From NCBI GenBank assembly GCA_963693365.1, contig CAVNZM010000014.1, positions 1,550,001-1,614,000 on the forward strand: a stretch of DNA of 64,000 nt, read 5' to 3'. Of this stretch, positions 23,992 to 64,000 are shown in pieces. The translations under genes were made by a program, and so were the position numbers. The stretch comes from Amoebidium appalachense (Eukaryota; Protista; Ichthyosporea). Under the pieces are notes generated by a model. The model saw only the letters and a program-made list of their open reading frames with translations. It made no database searches and was not told the origin of the DNA. Position 1 is the stretch's first letter. The number at the start of each line of letters is the position of its first letter.

Positions 23992-24272
23992 GGGGGATGC
24001 ATGTATGAATGCGAAGTGTAGTGGGTGCTAGTTGCACATCACACACAGTCACACGGATTCTCTGCATGGGCTATGTGCTTGTGTGCACGATGCAAGCACA
24101 CATGACCCACGTGTTTTACTGCTGAGAGGTGTTCACTTACGTATACACACTACATTGCTTGTGCATGGTATTAGATTTTGGAAACACTTCCTGTTCTTCC
24201 TTGCAGAATCACATATGGCCAGTATTATAATACCGTGAGGTTGTAAACCTCGGCTCGCCAGTGGGCTTTAGT

Positions 24273-25176
<904 letters not shown>

Positions 25177-25842
25177 ACGTTCAGAAGTATCCCCGGATAT
25201 TATGCTAAGGTGTGCTCCCGCGGGGCTAGCATCCACATCAAAAGCCGTGGTGATACAAAAAAAACACTTTAAATTATTTCTTCAGTCGTTTCATTTCATT
25301 AATATTATTATTATTATTATTGAGTGAGAGGGGGGGGAGGGGGGGGGGGGGGGGGGGGCAGGGGGGGAGGGAGGGGAGATAAAAAAGGAGGATATATGAT
25401 TTGATATGTACAGGCGGGATAATGAAGGGAAATTACAGAAAGAAAATAAGGCTTTCTTGAAATTGGACCCTTTGTGGGGTTTTCATGGGCCAAAACTACT
25501 TTAATTTTTAAAGACCTTCAACCAATGGGAAAGTGAAAAAGTTTTACCGATAAGCATCGGCAATGAATGTGTAAATGAATACGAAAAAAGCAAATATCCA
25601 GGAACCTTTCTAGAAGAATAGACCGGATGCTGCATCAATCAGGCAGGTCATCCCCTGTATCGAATTGGGTCAGGTCTGTTATTGGCGGGTGCTTCGACTC
25701 GCGGGCGATTGGGTAGGCGGCTCAAAGTCCTTACCTCAAGTCCTTCAACCGGTTTGTTGGCGACATACATAAAAACAGAACCGTATATATTCCGTTTAAA
25801 TTCCGTCTTTGCACCCTACTGGCTATTAGGAACAAGGTATAT

Positions 25843-53618
<27,776 letters not shown>

Positions 53619-54168
53619 TTTGCAGGGGTTAGCGGTCTGGTGGGGTAGCATAAAAATGGTAAGCAATATACCTTTTTTCTTTTGTTTGTTCATTTGCTTG
53701 CTGTGCATGTCATACTTCGGATACAAATAGCACAAAAAACACGTGTGTGCTGTGTTGGCAGTGTGTTGTTGAGCAAATAAGATTGGGATCTGAAACACAC
53801 TGCCCGAACGGTAGCTAGATTAGGTTGCACATCAAAGCATCCCTCACACATTAGCCGAACAACGACCCACTCATAAAGCTGTTTGTGTACCCACATAACG
53901 CTAACTCTGTGTGTGTGTGTGTGTGTGTGGGCGGCGGGGGAAGGGGGGGGGGGGGGGGGGGGGGGGGATGGATCGTGACCCTGCCGCTTCTTGTGCTTTG
54001 CCCGAGTGTGTGTGTGTGTGTATGTGCAAGTTTGTGGATTTGCCTGTGAAAGCGGTGAACCTAAGAGTGCAGGAATAGACGGTCTAGAGGTAAAGAATAT
54101 GGCTGCAAAAAGTGTGTGTGTGTGTGTGTGTGTATGTTTGGGGGGGGGAGGGGGTGGGGGGTGGGGGT

Positions 54169-54205
<37 letters not shown>

Positions 54206-54931
54206 TCTGGGGAGGAGTTAAGAAATGCCCTTGAGAGGAGGCCCAGCCAACATGCAAGACGTGCCTACAGGAAGTTGGGGCGGATCAGGCCAAGCCAAGG
54301 CGCGGGGAGAGAAATGGGTGGTGTGTGTGCGTCTGTGTGTGTGGTGGGGGGCGGGACGGGGCGGGGCCGGGGGGGGGGGGGGGGGGGGGGGAGGGGGGGG
54401 GGGGGAGGGGGGGGGGGGGGGGGGGGGGGGGGCGGGGCCAGGGGGGATAAAGAAAGAAAAATATAAGTATCGGTACCAAACTTGTGACTACGGGACACAC
54501 AATGCCACATTCTCGACCGCACATGCGCATACCTGATGACGACCACAAAGGGCTAACTCCTCAACATGCCTGTTCGTGGTTGCGCTGTCTTAGTTTCAGA
54601 GTGCGAGTGGATCCGTTGAGTCATAAAAGAGCTTTTGTGTAGGTGGTGTGTTTGGGAAGTATGTGGATGAATGCATGTACGTGTTTTTTAGGATTAGAGC
54701 GCCCACGTGCAGGAACAAGTGTAAAAAGGCACGGTGTCTACAAAAGAAGCGAAGTGGCAGAGTGAAAGGGATCTAGCTGAGATGCAAAACGGGTTGTGTC
54801 GGGCCTCCAGCGCGGAACTTTGTGACCGAGATCTTAACCAAGCTCAAATCTAAGTGACGTGAAGCAGATTATACCTAGGTGCACTAAGTGATCCTGGCTC
54901 TTGTATGAAGTCTCTTAGAACTGTTTTCCGA

Positions 54932-55032
54932 TCTTCTATTCAGAATTCATCCTGTCATCATTCATTGCTCTTCTATTCAGAATTCATCCTGCCATGCTCT
55001 TCTATTCAGAATTCATCCTGCCATTCATTGCT
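54932..55032. repeat. Triple direct repeat tcttctattcagaattcatcctg upstream of the FLII 5'UTR exon
   Basis: Three near-identical units of about 25-35 bp. Confidence 0.85.
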
Positions 55033-55079
55033 CAGTTCAAAAATGTTGTAAGGTGACGCGCTGGGGGCTCGGCTCAGTG

Positions 55080-55165
55080 AGTCGACGTCAGTTAGTAAGC
55101 TTCAAAAACAACAAGTCGCTGTTGATTGGCTTAACCCGCATCATGTGCGTCATAATGACGTCATA
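55080..55165 (-). promoter_or_regulatory. Putative FLII promoter elements (CRE-like TGACGTCA and CCAAT)
   Basis: TGACGTCA at 55156-55163, ATTGG at 55125-55129 and a further GACGTCA near 55084, all in repeat-free DNA upstream of the 5'UTR exon. Confidence 0.35.
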
Positions 55166-56929
55166 AGATAGTAATCCCCCCTAAACTGTGAGTCCAAACC
55201 TCGGGAATCACGGCCGTGGGCCCGTGGTAATCACGGTGGCGTGGCCCACCGTCGTTGGGTACGCGTACGAGAGCTACCCTACGGTACGAGTACAACGTGC
55301 AAAAACAGTAATCCTGAGTAATGTGTAACCATTTAACGAATCTCACTGCCTGAAACCAGTACGTTGCAGAGTCAATGCGCCTCAGACTTGTCCGTAGCAA
55401 TAAATGGTGCGTAATCCCCCGAGTCACTCAATTCGAGACATAACTATATAAAGACATTTCGAATTCCTCGACCTACATAGTGACTGTCCATGCTGAGATC
55501 CCGAAAAGTACCAGAAGCTAGCTGTAATATTAGGTGCCTCGATTCGTGTTGGCCACAGCATGCACCAACACTATCACCCACGTGCAAGTTTGATTCCTAG
55601 AGAAGAAATCTCACGAACTTGCTCGCACGCAGTAGCGGTGGTTGGTTTAACTAGGTGCATGTGCATGACACAGACACAACACGTGTTGCAAGCGTGCACA
55701 TACTGGAACTTGAAGTGCAAATTTTGACCTAAACAGTGCTTGCAGTGCTCTGAATTCCAACCGGATTGGGTGATCATTTTGTTTGCTTCAAACACAAGTC
55801 CTTAAGTACTGCTTCTGACTAATTAATTTGGTGAGGCTCCTAGATTACCCAATCCCTCCAAAATCTCTCTGCTTAGTGCCTGTTAGACTTTACTGCACTA
55901 CACTCACACCCCATCCCAACCTTCACGACACTCCCCTCCTACACCGGCACGCATGGACCGTTTTCTACACGCACAACACAAAACACGCATCTCCACGGCA
56001 TTTAACGCAAGCACCCGCATACACAAACCGTTAGTGCAATATGTTTGCTCCACAGGCCGTGAAAAAAGGTCTCTAGCTGATAGTATATATCGTGGGTTTC
56101 CCTAGTGGTGTACTAGCACAGTGGTACCGGTCTCTTCAATGGCGTGGTAATCGGTTCCTGATTGTTACTGGATAACTCGTGAAGTTTTTATTGTCTTCTC
56201 AGTATGCCGTGCATACTTGCATATCTTTCCGTCGAATAAATCCAGTCAAAAGAAAAAAAAATGTTTCCTAGACGGTGGTGCCCTAGTGGGTCACAACCTT
56301 GGTGCCGTAGCTGTGTGGGCCGGTGTATTGTGTTCCCCTTTGTTCCGTTAGCCACCCAGGCCTCCCTTTCTTCCACACTCCTCACCCACCTATCCACTTC
56401 TCGTCACCCTGCACAACACTTTACCATCATTGACTTTCTTCTTAACACGGGTGATTTCCTCACTGCCCAACTTTGTTTCCAATACCTGCGCGCTCACGTC
56501 ACACACATCATACAACCACCCTCCCAACCTGGTTAAATAGCTCCTTTTCTTTCTTTCTCTCTTCCTTTTTTTTTTTTTTTTTTTTTTTTGAAGTTGTCAT
56601 AGATGTTGTGTCTGTAAGATGTGTGGTTTTAGCGGCCGTGGCCGTGTAGTAGATTACCTAGTATTAATAAGGGGTGGCCCTCGTCTGCATTATGATGTAC
56701 ATATATCATGCATATGGGGCACATGTTGTGTTTCTGGATTGGCCGGAGGGAGCGGCCAATAAAGTGCAATGATCCCAAAATGACAACTCAGTAGCCCCCC
56801 CTCCTCTCCTCCCCCCCCCCCCCCCCCTGGCCCTCCCTCCCAATATAAACGACACTGCACCTGGCAGATCACTGAATACACCTGTTGCAAATGCTGCTAT
56901 AAACGAATATACACAAAAATAGAACTATG

Positions 56930-57065
56930 TCACTTCTTGGCGTTCCCAGCCTTCATGCGAAGAATGGCGCCTGGACTAGGCAAGGGCCTGTGGGGGTGTA
57001 ATGTGGCCAGTCGACATCAGAAATCAAATCAGGTGCCCGATCACTTAAAAGGTAACATTTGAAGG

Positions 57066-57127
<62 letters not shown>

Positions 57128-58628
57128 ACACACACACACCACCACCTCCTCCCCCTTAGGCACACCAACACCATGCATATGGCAGCCTTCTATGCCTGGC
57201 TCAAATTTCGTTCAATCATGTAATGTTATGTCTGCTCTACACAAACCAGCCACAAAAGTCAGCCATGTATCTACACACACAATCGTTTATACCCAACCAT
57301 TTCCCAGTGGGTGTGATCTGTATAGATGTGCAGGGGTGCCAAACACAGTGCAGGGATTCTAGCCCACACTTAGCAACGGCATCACAAAAAGCCACAACCC
57401 CCAAGACTTTTACTCTCCTCCGCCTCAATAACAGGGCCCCATATCTCGCGGTTGCCCTGGCGATATAACGGAGTATCCATCCCCCCCCCCCCCCCAATCC
57501 TCCCCCCTCCCCCCCCCCCCCCCTCCCCCCCTTCCCCCCCACTCCACCCCAGGGAAAACAATAAAAAATAAAAAATAAACCACCACCACCACCAGCAATT
57601 CCGCCTCCCTCGGGGTCTCTCCTTCCGACGCAAAAAAAACGGGGAAAAAAAAACAAAAAAAAACCAAAGCACACACGTGCATGCACACACGACGGAGAGA
57701 GAATGCAAATAGCCATGTGCAGACACATGCCAGCCAAGCCTATCGGCTGAGGCTCCGTCAAAACGACTCAAGGCACACACACAAAAGAGGAGAAATGAAA
57801 TCTGGTGTGTTGGGGGGAGGGGGAGGGGGGGGGATGCGATACAAATCACGAGGTACACATGCGGCGGAGGGAGGATGAGGAAGGGGGGAGGAAAGAGGGG
57901 GGGGAGGGGGGGGGGGGGGGAGGGGGGGGGGGGGCATTACCTCTGCTGGTACATCGGGCCACTTGCCGTTGAATCAACACCCTGTTGAAAAGAAACATCG
58001 ACTAGTGAGCTGACAGACAGAACAAAAGGCCATTTTATGCATGTGTTTTGGGTTTTTTTTGTTCTGTTTACACGGAGCAAGTTTTTTGTGCTGGAGCCAT
58101 GGATACAGCAAGAATCAGCCCTAATGCCTCTCGGCTTGGAACCTGGTTGCATCGGCCTTGGATTGGGGGGGGGGGGGGGAGGGGGGGGGGGGATTTGTAA
58201 AGCAATATTGATGGCATATCTAGATTTTAGGATGGGTTGTGAGAAGTTGGTTGCTGTGAAATGTCCCGTGGTGGGTATGAGTGTGGGTGTGCCTGGGCTC
58301 GTGGCATTAAGTGGGTTGTGTGGTGCATTTGCACTTGCACATTGTCGTGTGTAAGAAAGTGCGTGCGCGCAGTGTGGGTGTACCCCGTGTACGGATCATG
58401 GATGTGTGTCTCTGTATGCATGTGCGCATGAACCGGGATAACACCAGTGTGGGTTAGAGGGGGTTTCTATCAGGCCGATGTATAAACCCTTACGGGTCAG
58501 GACAAAATGCTGTTTGATCCGCATCTCGCCAATCATCAAGCCAAAAACCCTTTCGGATCTGACCCACCCGCGATTCTAAAAGAGACCCCGTTAATATATG
58601 GAAGATGGGCGTGTGGGTGAAAGGGAGG

Positions 58629-58664
<36 letters not shown>

Positions 58665-58883
58665 AAATACCGTTTTTGGTTTATCGCCCTCTGGAATCTC
58701 CAAACCACTTTGCCAGGTGCCTCTTGGTGCCTGTGAAGAGAATTCCCGTGAGTTCAGATGCTATTTGCAGCAAGTAGCTGTGTTGATGAGGTTTTGTGTA
58801 GCCAAAAGACAAGCAATCCAACAGCCGAGAGTGGGGGTGCCCACACATGAACGCACACGCCAAAAGGGTTAAAAAAAAGAGGG

Positions 58884-58914
<31 letters not shown>

Positions 58915-59039
58915 AGAATATGCAGAGGAAGTCTTACCAGAAGTGTCATATGTGTGCTTGCGCAGTGACAAACATCAATACGGATACGAAGTACAAGGTT
59001 ACACTACGAGGCAGACGGTACGGGACATAGATAGAAGAA

Positions 59040-59076
<37 letters not shown>

Positions 59077-60090
59077 ACATCCGAGTAGGCAGCCGGATCC
59101 ATGGGGTCCAACTCATCCTCATCCCCTGGCTTCTTGGGTACCGTCTTGCGTCCAAACCGACTGTGGAAAAGGCAGTAGGTGAATACCTCATAGACATGTG
59201 TTTGTAGAGATCGTGAATTTGAAGGAGTGTCAGGGGGAAATGGTGCCCTTTTGACTTCGACATGAGAACAGAGAGGTGGGGGGAAAGGGGGGTTGGGATG
59301 CTATTGACTAAAATGGGTAGATTAAAGGGTTGCACGATGATTATTAGGAGGCATACAAGCACATGTATAGAGGTATTCATATGCTCACACCCATACTTGA
59401 ACAAACACGAAGGCCAGCCCGACAGCACACACACACGCACACACGCACACACACGCGCGCACGCACACGCACACACACACGCACACACACACACACACAC
59501 GCACACACACACATACACACCAACCCACCCATCCACCACCCCTGCTCCCCCCACCTCCCCCATCCCCCCCCCCCCTCCAACACACACAGACACAGACAAC
59601 ACACACACACACACAGATACACACACACACACACACACACACGTACTTGTAGGGTGCAGTCTTGCCCCGTGGGTTCTGCTGGGGTTGGTGCCTTTTTTCG
59701 TCGCCTGGCCGTACGGGGCCAATCACATTAGATTTCTTTTCCTGCTGCTGTTTTGGCTGTTGTGGTTGCTGCGGCTGGTTGACTGCATTTGGTGTGCGTG
59801 GGATGAGGGTGTAGATGTGCGTGCGTGTAATGAATTTTGGGGTGTTTCATTGTGTTTGCTTGTGTTTGGATGTATGTGTGTGTGCTTAGATGTGCATGTG
59901 TTTGAGGTGTTTGTGTGTATGTGTGTTGGGAGGAGGAAGGGGGGGGGGGGGGGGGGGGGGTAAACGGAGTGAGAAATAATCGACCGCATATGCTTTGTTG
60001 AAGTGACAAAATTATTGTAGACGGCTGAGCAAGGCCAATGTGTGTGTGTGCGTGTGTGCATGTATATGTGTGTGCGGTCTGTGTGTGTGT

Positions 60091-60129
<39 letters not shown>

Positions 60130-60169
60130 CGGGATGTGTGGGCACGTGTGTGTCGGTGTGTGTGTTGGG

Positions 60170-60209
<40 letters not shown>

Positions 60210-60601
60210 TTGAATGCGTCAAAAAGTACGAAGTACACAAGAACAAACGGATAACACGATGCAGAATGCAAGCCATACATAAAGGGGGGGAGGGATGGGG
60301 CATGTGTGTATCTGTCTCTCTCTCTCTCTCTCGTTCTCTCTCCCTGTGTGTGTGTGTGTGCACGAGCGCGAGCGGGCATGTGCATATATTTGTGTGCCTG
60401 TGCGTGCGGGTGCGCATTTATGTCTGTACCCGTGTCCATGTGATCAGAGGAAGGAGACGGAGATGGCAAAGAGGAGAGATAGGGGATGGGCGAGGGAGGG
60501 CGGGATGGAGGGGGGGGGGGGGGGGGGGGGGGTTTTGAATGCGTCAAAAAGTACGAAGTACACAAGAACAAACGGATAACACGATGCGGAATGCAAGCCA
60601 T

Positions 60602-60638
<37 letters not shown>

Positions 60639-62444
60639 AGGTGGGTAAGAGAGGGGGGGGGGGGGGGGGGGGAGGTGGGGGAGAGGGGGGAACTCAAGGA
60701 AACCTGATATGCAAGGCAATACGTACATTTCACAGGCGGGCGGTAGCCATACGGATCACACTTACGACACACACCCTCCGCACCAATATCCTTTGTCGCT
60801 CCACACTTCCAACACGACGAATGTTTTACCGCCTGTGTTATGGTCACTCCCACTTGCCCATCCCATACTGCACCAGAAATCACGGGCACGGATTGGAAAG
60901 ACGCCGCGGGGGGTGCTGGTGGTTGTGCATGTGCCTGTGCATGTGCCTGTGTGTTTGCGTCTGCTTGGGGTGTTTGTTGGTGTGTTAGTGGGGGTGGCAT
61001 TCCATATGGAAACGACGGTTGTTGTTGGTATTGGTCGGGTTGGGGTGGGACGTTTGTAGGTGGTGGGTAGTATTGGGGATATTGCCCATATGCAGCTGTG
61101 TAGTCAAATGGTGCATTGGGTTGTTGCGGTGGCGGTGGTGGCATAGCTGGGGGATAAGGATACGTTTGCGGTGGCTGGTCTGGCATTTGAGGTGGGGGTG
61201 GGGATGGATATGGGAATCCGGGTGGTGGTTGACTGTATTGTTGCGGTGGTGGTGGGAATCCAGGGGGGACAGGGGGCGCCCCCTGGGGAAAGGCCGTTGG
61301 TGGTTGGGTGAATGGAGGTGGGAAACCGGGTGGGAAGGGGGGTTGTGGAGGGGGTAATGCCGCTTGGTATGGTTGTGGTTCGTTTGCTGGTGGTTGTGGT
61401 TGTTGTGGTTGTTGTTGTGTATGTTCGTGTGGTGGGTGTGCCTGTGTTTGGTTTATTCCCCATGCGGGTTGGGGCATGGGAAGTCCTTGATCGGTTGGGG
61501 GAGGAGGCATAAAACTGGGTTGCTGGGGTGGTGGTGGTTCCGAATGTGCTGGTTGTGGTGGTGGTTGTTGTTCTTTTCTTTCGTGGTGATCGTTTTGAGT
61601 GACTGGTATTTTCAAATGCCGCAGGCGAGATGGGTGAATGAAACCGAGACCCGATTCCCCTTCGGACGACATGACAGAATCGTTTCTTTCTGCTGAGTGT
61701 GCACGTGGGCTCGTTTCCCTTTCGCTGCTCGGCTCTCTGTCTTTTCTCTTCTCCCTTCCAAATTCATCCAGTTCTGGAGATCCCGTTTGATTCCTATCGC
61801 GATCTTCGCTTCCCCCCCTTTCTCTGTCTCCCCGATCACTGCTCCTTCCCCTCTCCCTCCCCCTGTCTTCACTTCTCCCCCTGTCCCTCTCTCTCTCCCT
61901 ATCCTCGCTACTCCGGCCTCTCTCCCTCTCACGGTCTCTCTCCCCGCTCCGCCCCCTCCTGTCTCTATCTCTATCCCTCTCTCTCTCCCTGTCCCTCTCT
62001 CTGTCTCTATCCCCCTCTCTGTCTCTGTCCCTCTCTCCGTCTCTGTCTCTGTCTCTGTCTCTCCCCCTGTGCCTGTCTCTGTCATCATGCCTCCCCCCCT
62101 TCCTTTCATCATCGCTCTTTCCGCTCTGTAACATCCGCAGCCTCGACGGGTGAATAAACCCAGCTGTCATATCGGAATCGCTTGCACTCCCCTCCGATTT
62201 TCCACCCGTATTTTGCGGTAAAACAATCGGTGCGGGATTCACAAAAGAAGAAGAAACGGTGGTAGGGGCCGGGTTAACCTTAGGTAATGGGTTGATCGCG
62301 GGTGCTGGATCGATTTGTTTCGGCAATTGTTCGTGCTGTTTTGGTTGTTCTGGTGCGGTGGGTTTCGTTGGCGGTGGTGCCGCTGCGTGGTGAGGGGAGT
62401 GTCAGGACACACATGAGAGCCAGGAATTAGTGGTAGTCTTTTTT

Positions 62445-62502
<58 letters not shown>

Positions 62503-63397
62503 TACACAGCGAAATAAGGCCTGGTTGGATGGGTGGGTGAATGTGCTGGGTGGGTGGGAGGCCCAGATGAGAGTTCCGCTGGAAAAGGGGGGGGGGGGGG
62601 TTTGAATGCGGAACACGATGAGAAGCATGGTGCAGGACACGTGCAAAGGCAAACATTCAAGTATGCAACATCAGCCATGCGCACAGTATGCGTCATAAGC
62701 AGAGCCCATCCTCAGGGAGGGCCCAAGTCATCAATTGCGTCTGAGTTTCGACCCCTTAGCCCGCGTATATACGACTCTCCAACTCAGACAGCAGCATCAA
62801 CTGAACTTGGGAGGGTCAACCCGTCTTGATCAAAGACGAGCAGGGTTGCTTATGCAAGCAAGGTGAGCAAAACGGTGAAGATGTGTGTGCAAACTAAAGC
62901 ATTGCAGCGAAAAAATGCGTATGTGCTTACAGATGCACGATACAGAGCAACCATGCCCGGTTGCATGGAAGTAAAGCGGTCGGGGGGGGGGGGGGGGGGG
63001 GGGGGGGGGGCTCTGAAAACGGTATACAGAGGGAGCATAAAGACGCATCCCAGGACACTGGTGCCGACCAAACGATTGTGCAAAAAGAAATAAACACGCA
63101 TCGGATACACTACACAGCGGAGTCCTCGCTGTGGTGAGGTGGAGGGAAGAGGGGGGGGGGGGGGGGGACCAAAGAACGTACCAGAATAACTAAACAAAGT
63201 CAGGACAGGAGAGGGACAGGAGGTGGGGGGAGGGGGGGAGGGGAATAAGAAAAAATCAGAGGGGAAGGGGAGGGGGGGGGGGGGGGGGGGGGGGGGGAAT
63301 AGCAGTACCTGCTGCCGGTGCCGGGTCTGCTGCTGCTGCCTCTGGGGGTGTCCACTTGACCTGGTTGGTCACATAGTTCCAATAGTATGGATAGCCC
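56930..63397 (-). CDS. PQBP1: Polyglutamine-binding protein 1 homolog (WW domain, DR/ER repeats, conserved C-terminus); 5' end probably beyond the window
   Basis: Exons 63397-63309 ([18 protein letters not shown], second half of the WW domain), 62382-60704 (DR/ER and Pro/Gln tracts, Cys cluster), 60024-59985 (tentative, restores phase), 59782-59647, 59160-59079 ([15 protein letters not shown]), 58730-58671 ([10 protein letters not shown]), 57981-57941 ([14 protein letters not shown]) and 56987-56930 ([10 protein letters not shown]...stop). These match the PQBP1 tail [22 protein letters not shown]...[24 protein letters not shown]. Confidence 0.92.
60208..60602 (-). mobile_element. Two near-identical tail fragments of the repeat (60208-60282 and 60532-60602), each flanked by C-runs
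   Basis: Minus strand ATGGCTTGCATTC(T/C)GCATCGTGTTATCCGTTTGTTCTTGTGTACTTCGTACTTTTTGACGCATTCAAAA-(C)n, almost identical to 20936-21004. Confidence 0.8.
62600..62865 (-). mobile_element. Dispersed intronic repeat, long copy B, with structured head
   Basis: The reverse complement aligns to 20755-20917 and ends CGCATTCAAA-(C)n. Confidence 0.75.
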
Positions 63398-64000
63398 CTG
63401 TCCGAAACATGAGATGGGGTTTGCAGATGCTCACAAATAAAAAAGAAAAAAGAGAAGAGAAAGAGGAAAAACTGAAAGAACCCCCCCCCCCCCCCCCTCC
63501 CCTCCCTCCGTCCCCCCAAAAAGAAGATAAAGAAGAGAAAAAACCAAATCTCCTATACAATTAATGCCACGCTTCACATCAGAGAGTGGAAGGAAAAAGG
63601 TGTTTAGACCGTAACCCCACAAGAAACCATCTAAGTGGAATCTTTTCCAAGACCGGACCTTGTGATGTAACACATTGTTCGCATATTGCCGACAACCAGA
63701 CAAGCTAAGACCGTTTTGTTTATTGGAAAACCAGTCCATGGGTTTCGGCTCCCCCCCCAAAAAAAACACCCAGAAACACTCTAAAAAAGATGTTTAAACC
63801 GCAAAACGAGTTAAATATCTAATGTATGTGGCCATGGAACAAACAATCACGGCTGTGGGATGAAACACGATTAGAAGGGCCACTCAACCCCGCTAGAAGG
63901 AAGAGTTCCCGCCACAGGTTGACAACATGGGTAGAAGGCGGGCGAGGTCTTCTGAACTAAACGGTGGTTGCCCGGGAGCAGTAAGAGGACGGGTAAGAAG

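Noticed and set aside
54932-55032. Heat-shock elements in the triple repeat
   Set aside because: The spacing in TTCAGAATTC does not match alternating nGAAn pentamers.

Overview
Eukaryotic nuclear DNA with intron-rich genes. The gene set (Flightless-I, an animal-type cytosolic ferritin, PQBP1, a fungal/bacterial-type GH114) suggests a unicellular opisthokont such as an ichthyosporean-like holozoan, but this is inference only. Nearly all ORFs in the six-frame track are artefacts of poly-C/poly-G, (CA)n and (GA)n tracts. By following GT-AG junctions and reading phase by hand I reconstruct five genes: a secreted GH114 glycoside hydrolase (minus, 3 exons), ferritin (minus, 5 coding exons), an SLC35A-type nucleotide-sugar transporter (plus, 2 exons), Flightless-I (minus, about 35 coding exons over 28 kb) and a 5'-truncated, expanded PQBP1 (minus). 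There is also a frameshifted pseudogene and a tentative small membrane-protein remnant. Four things stand out. (1) A dispersed intronic repeat, always in sense orientation and bounded by C-runs, whose two longest copies share a covarying, pseudoknotted RNA fold. (2) Sense-strand poly-C directly after very degenerate 5' splice sites, and (AC)n or C-rich 3' splice sites. (3) A candidate internal promoter and alternative first exon that would give an LRR-less, gelsolin-only Flightless isoform. (4) Repeated tandem amplification of sequence next to splice sites. No database searches or folding computations were run, exon boundaries are manual, and homopolymer lengths may be inflated by sequencing or assembly.
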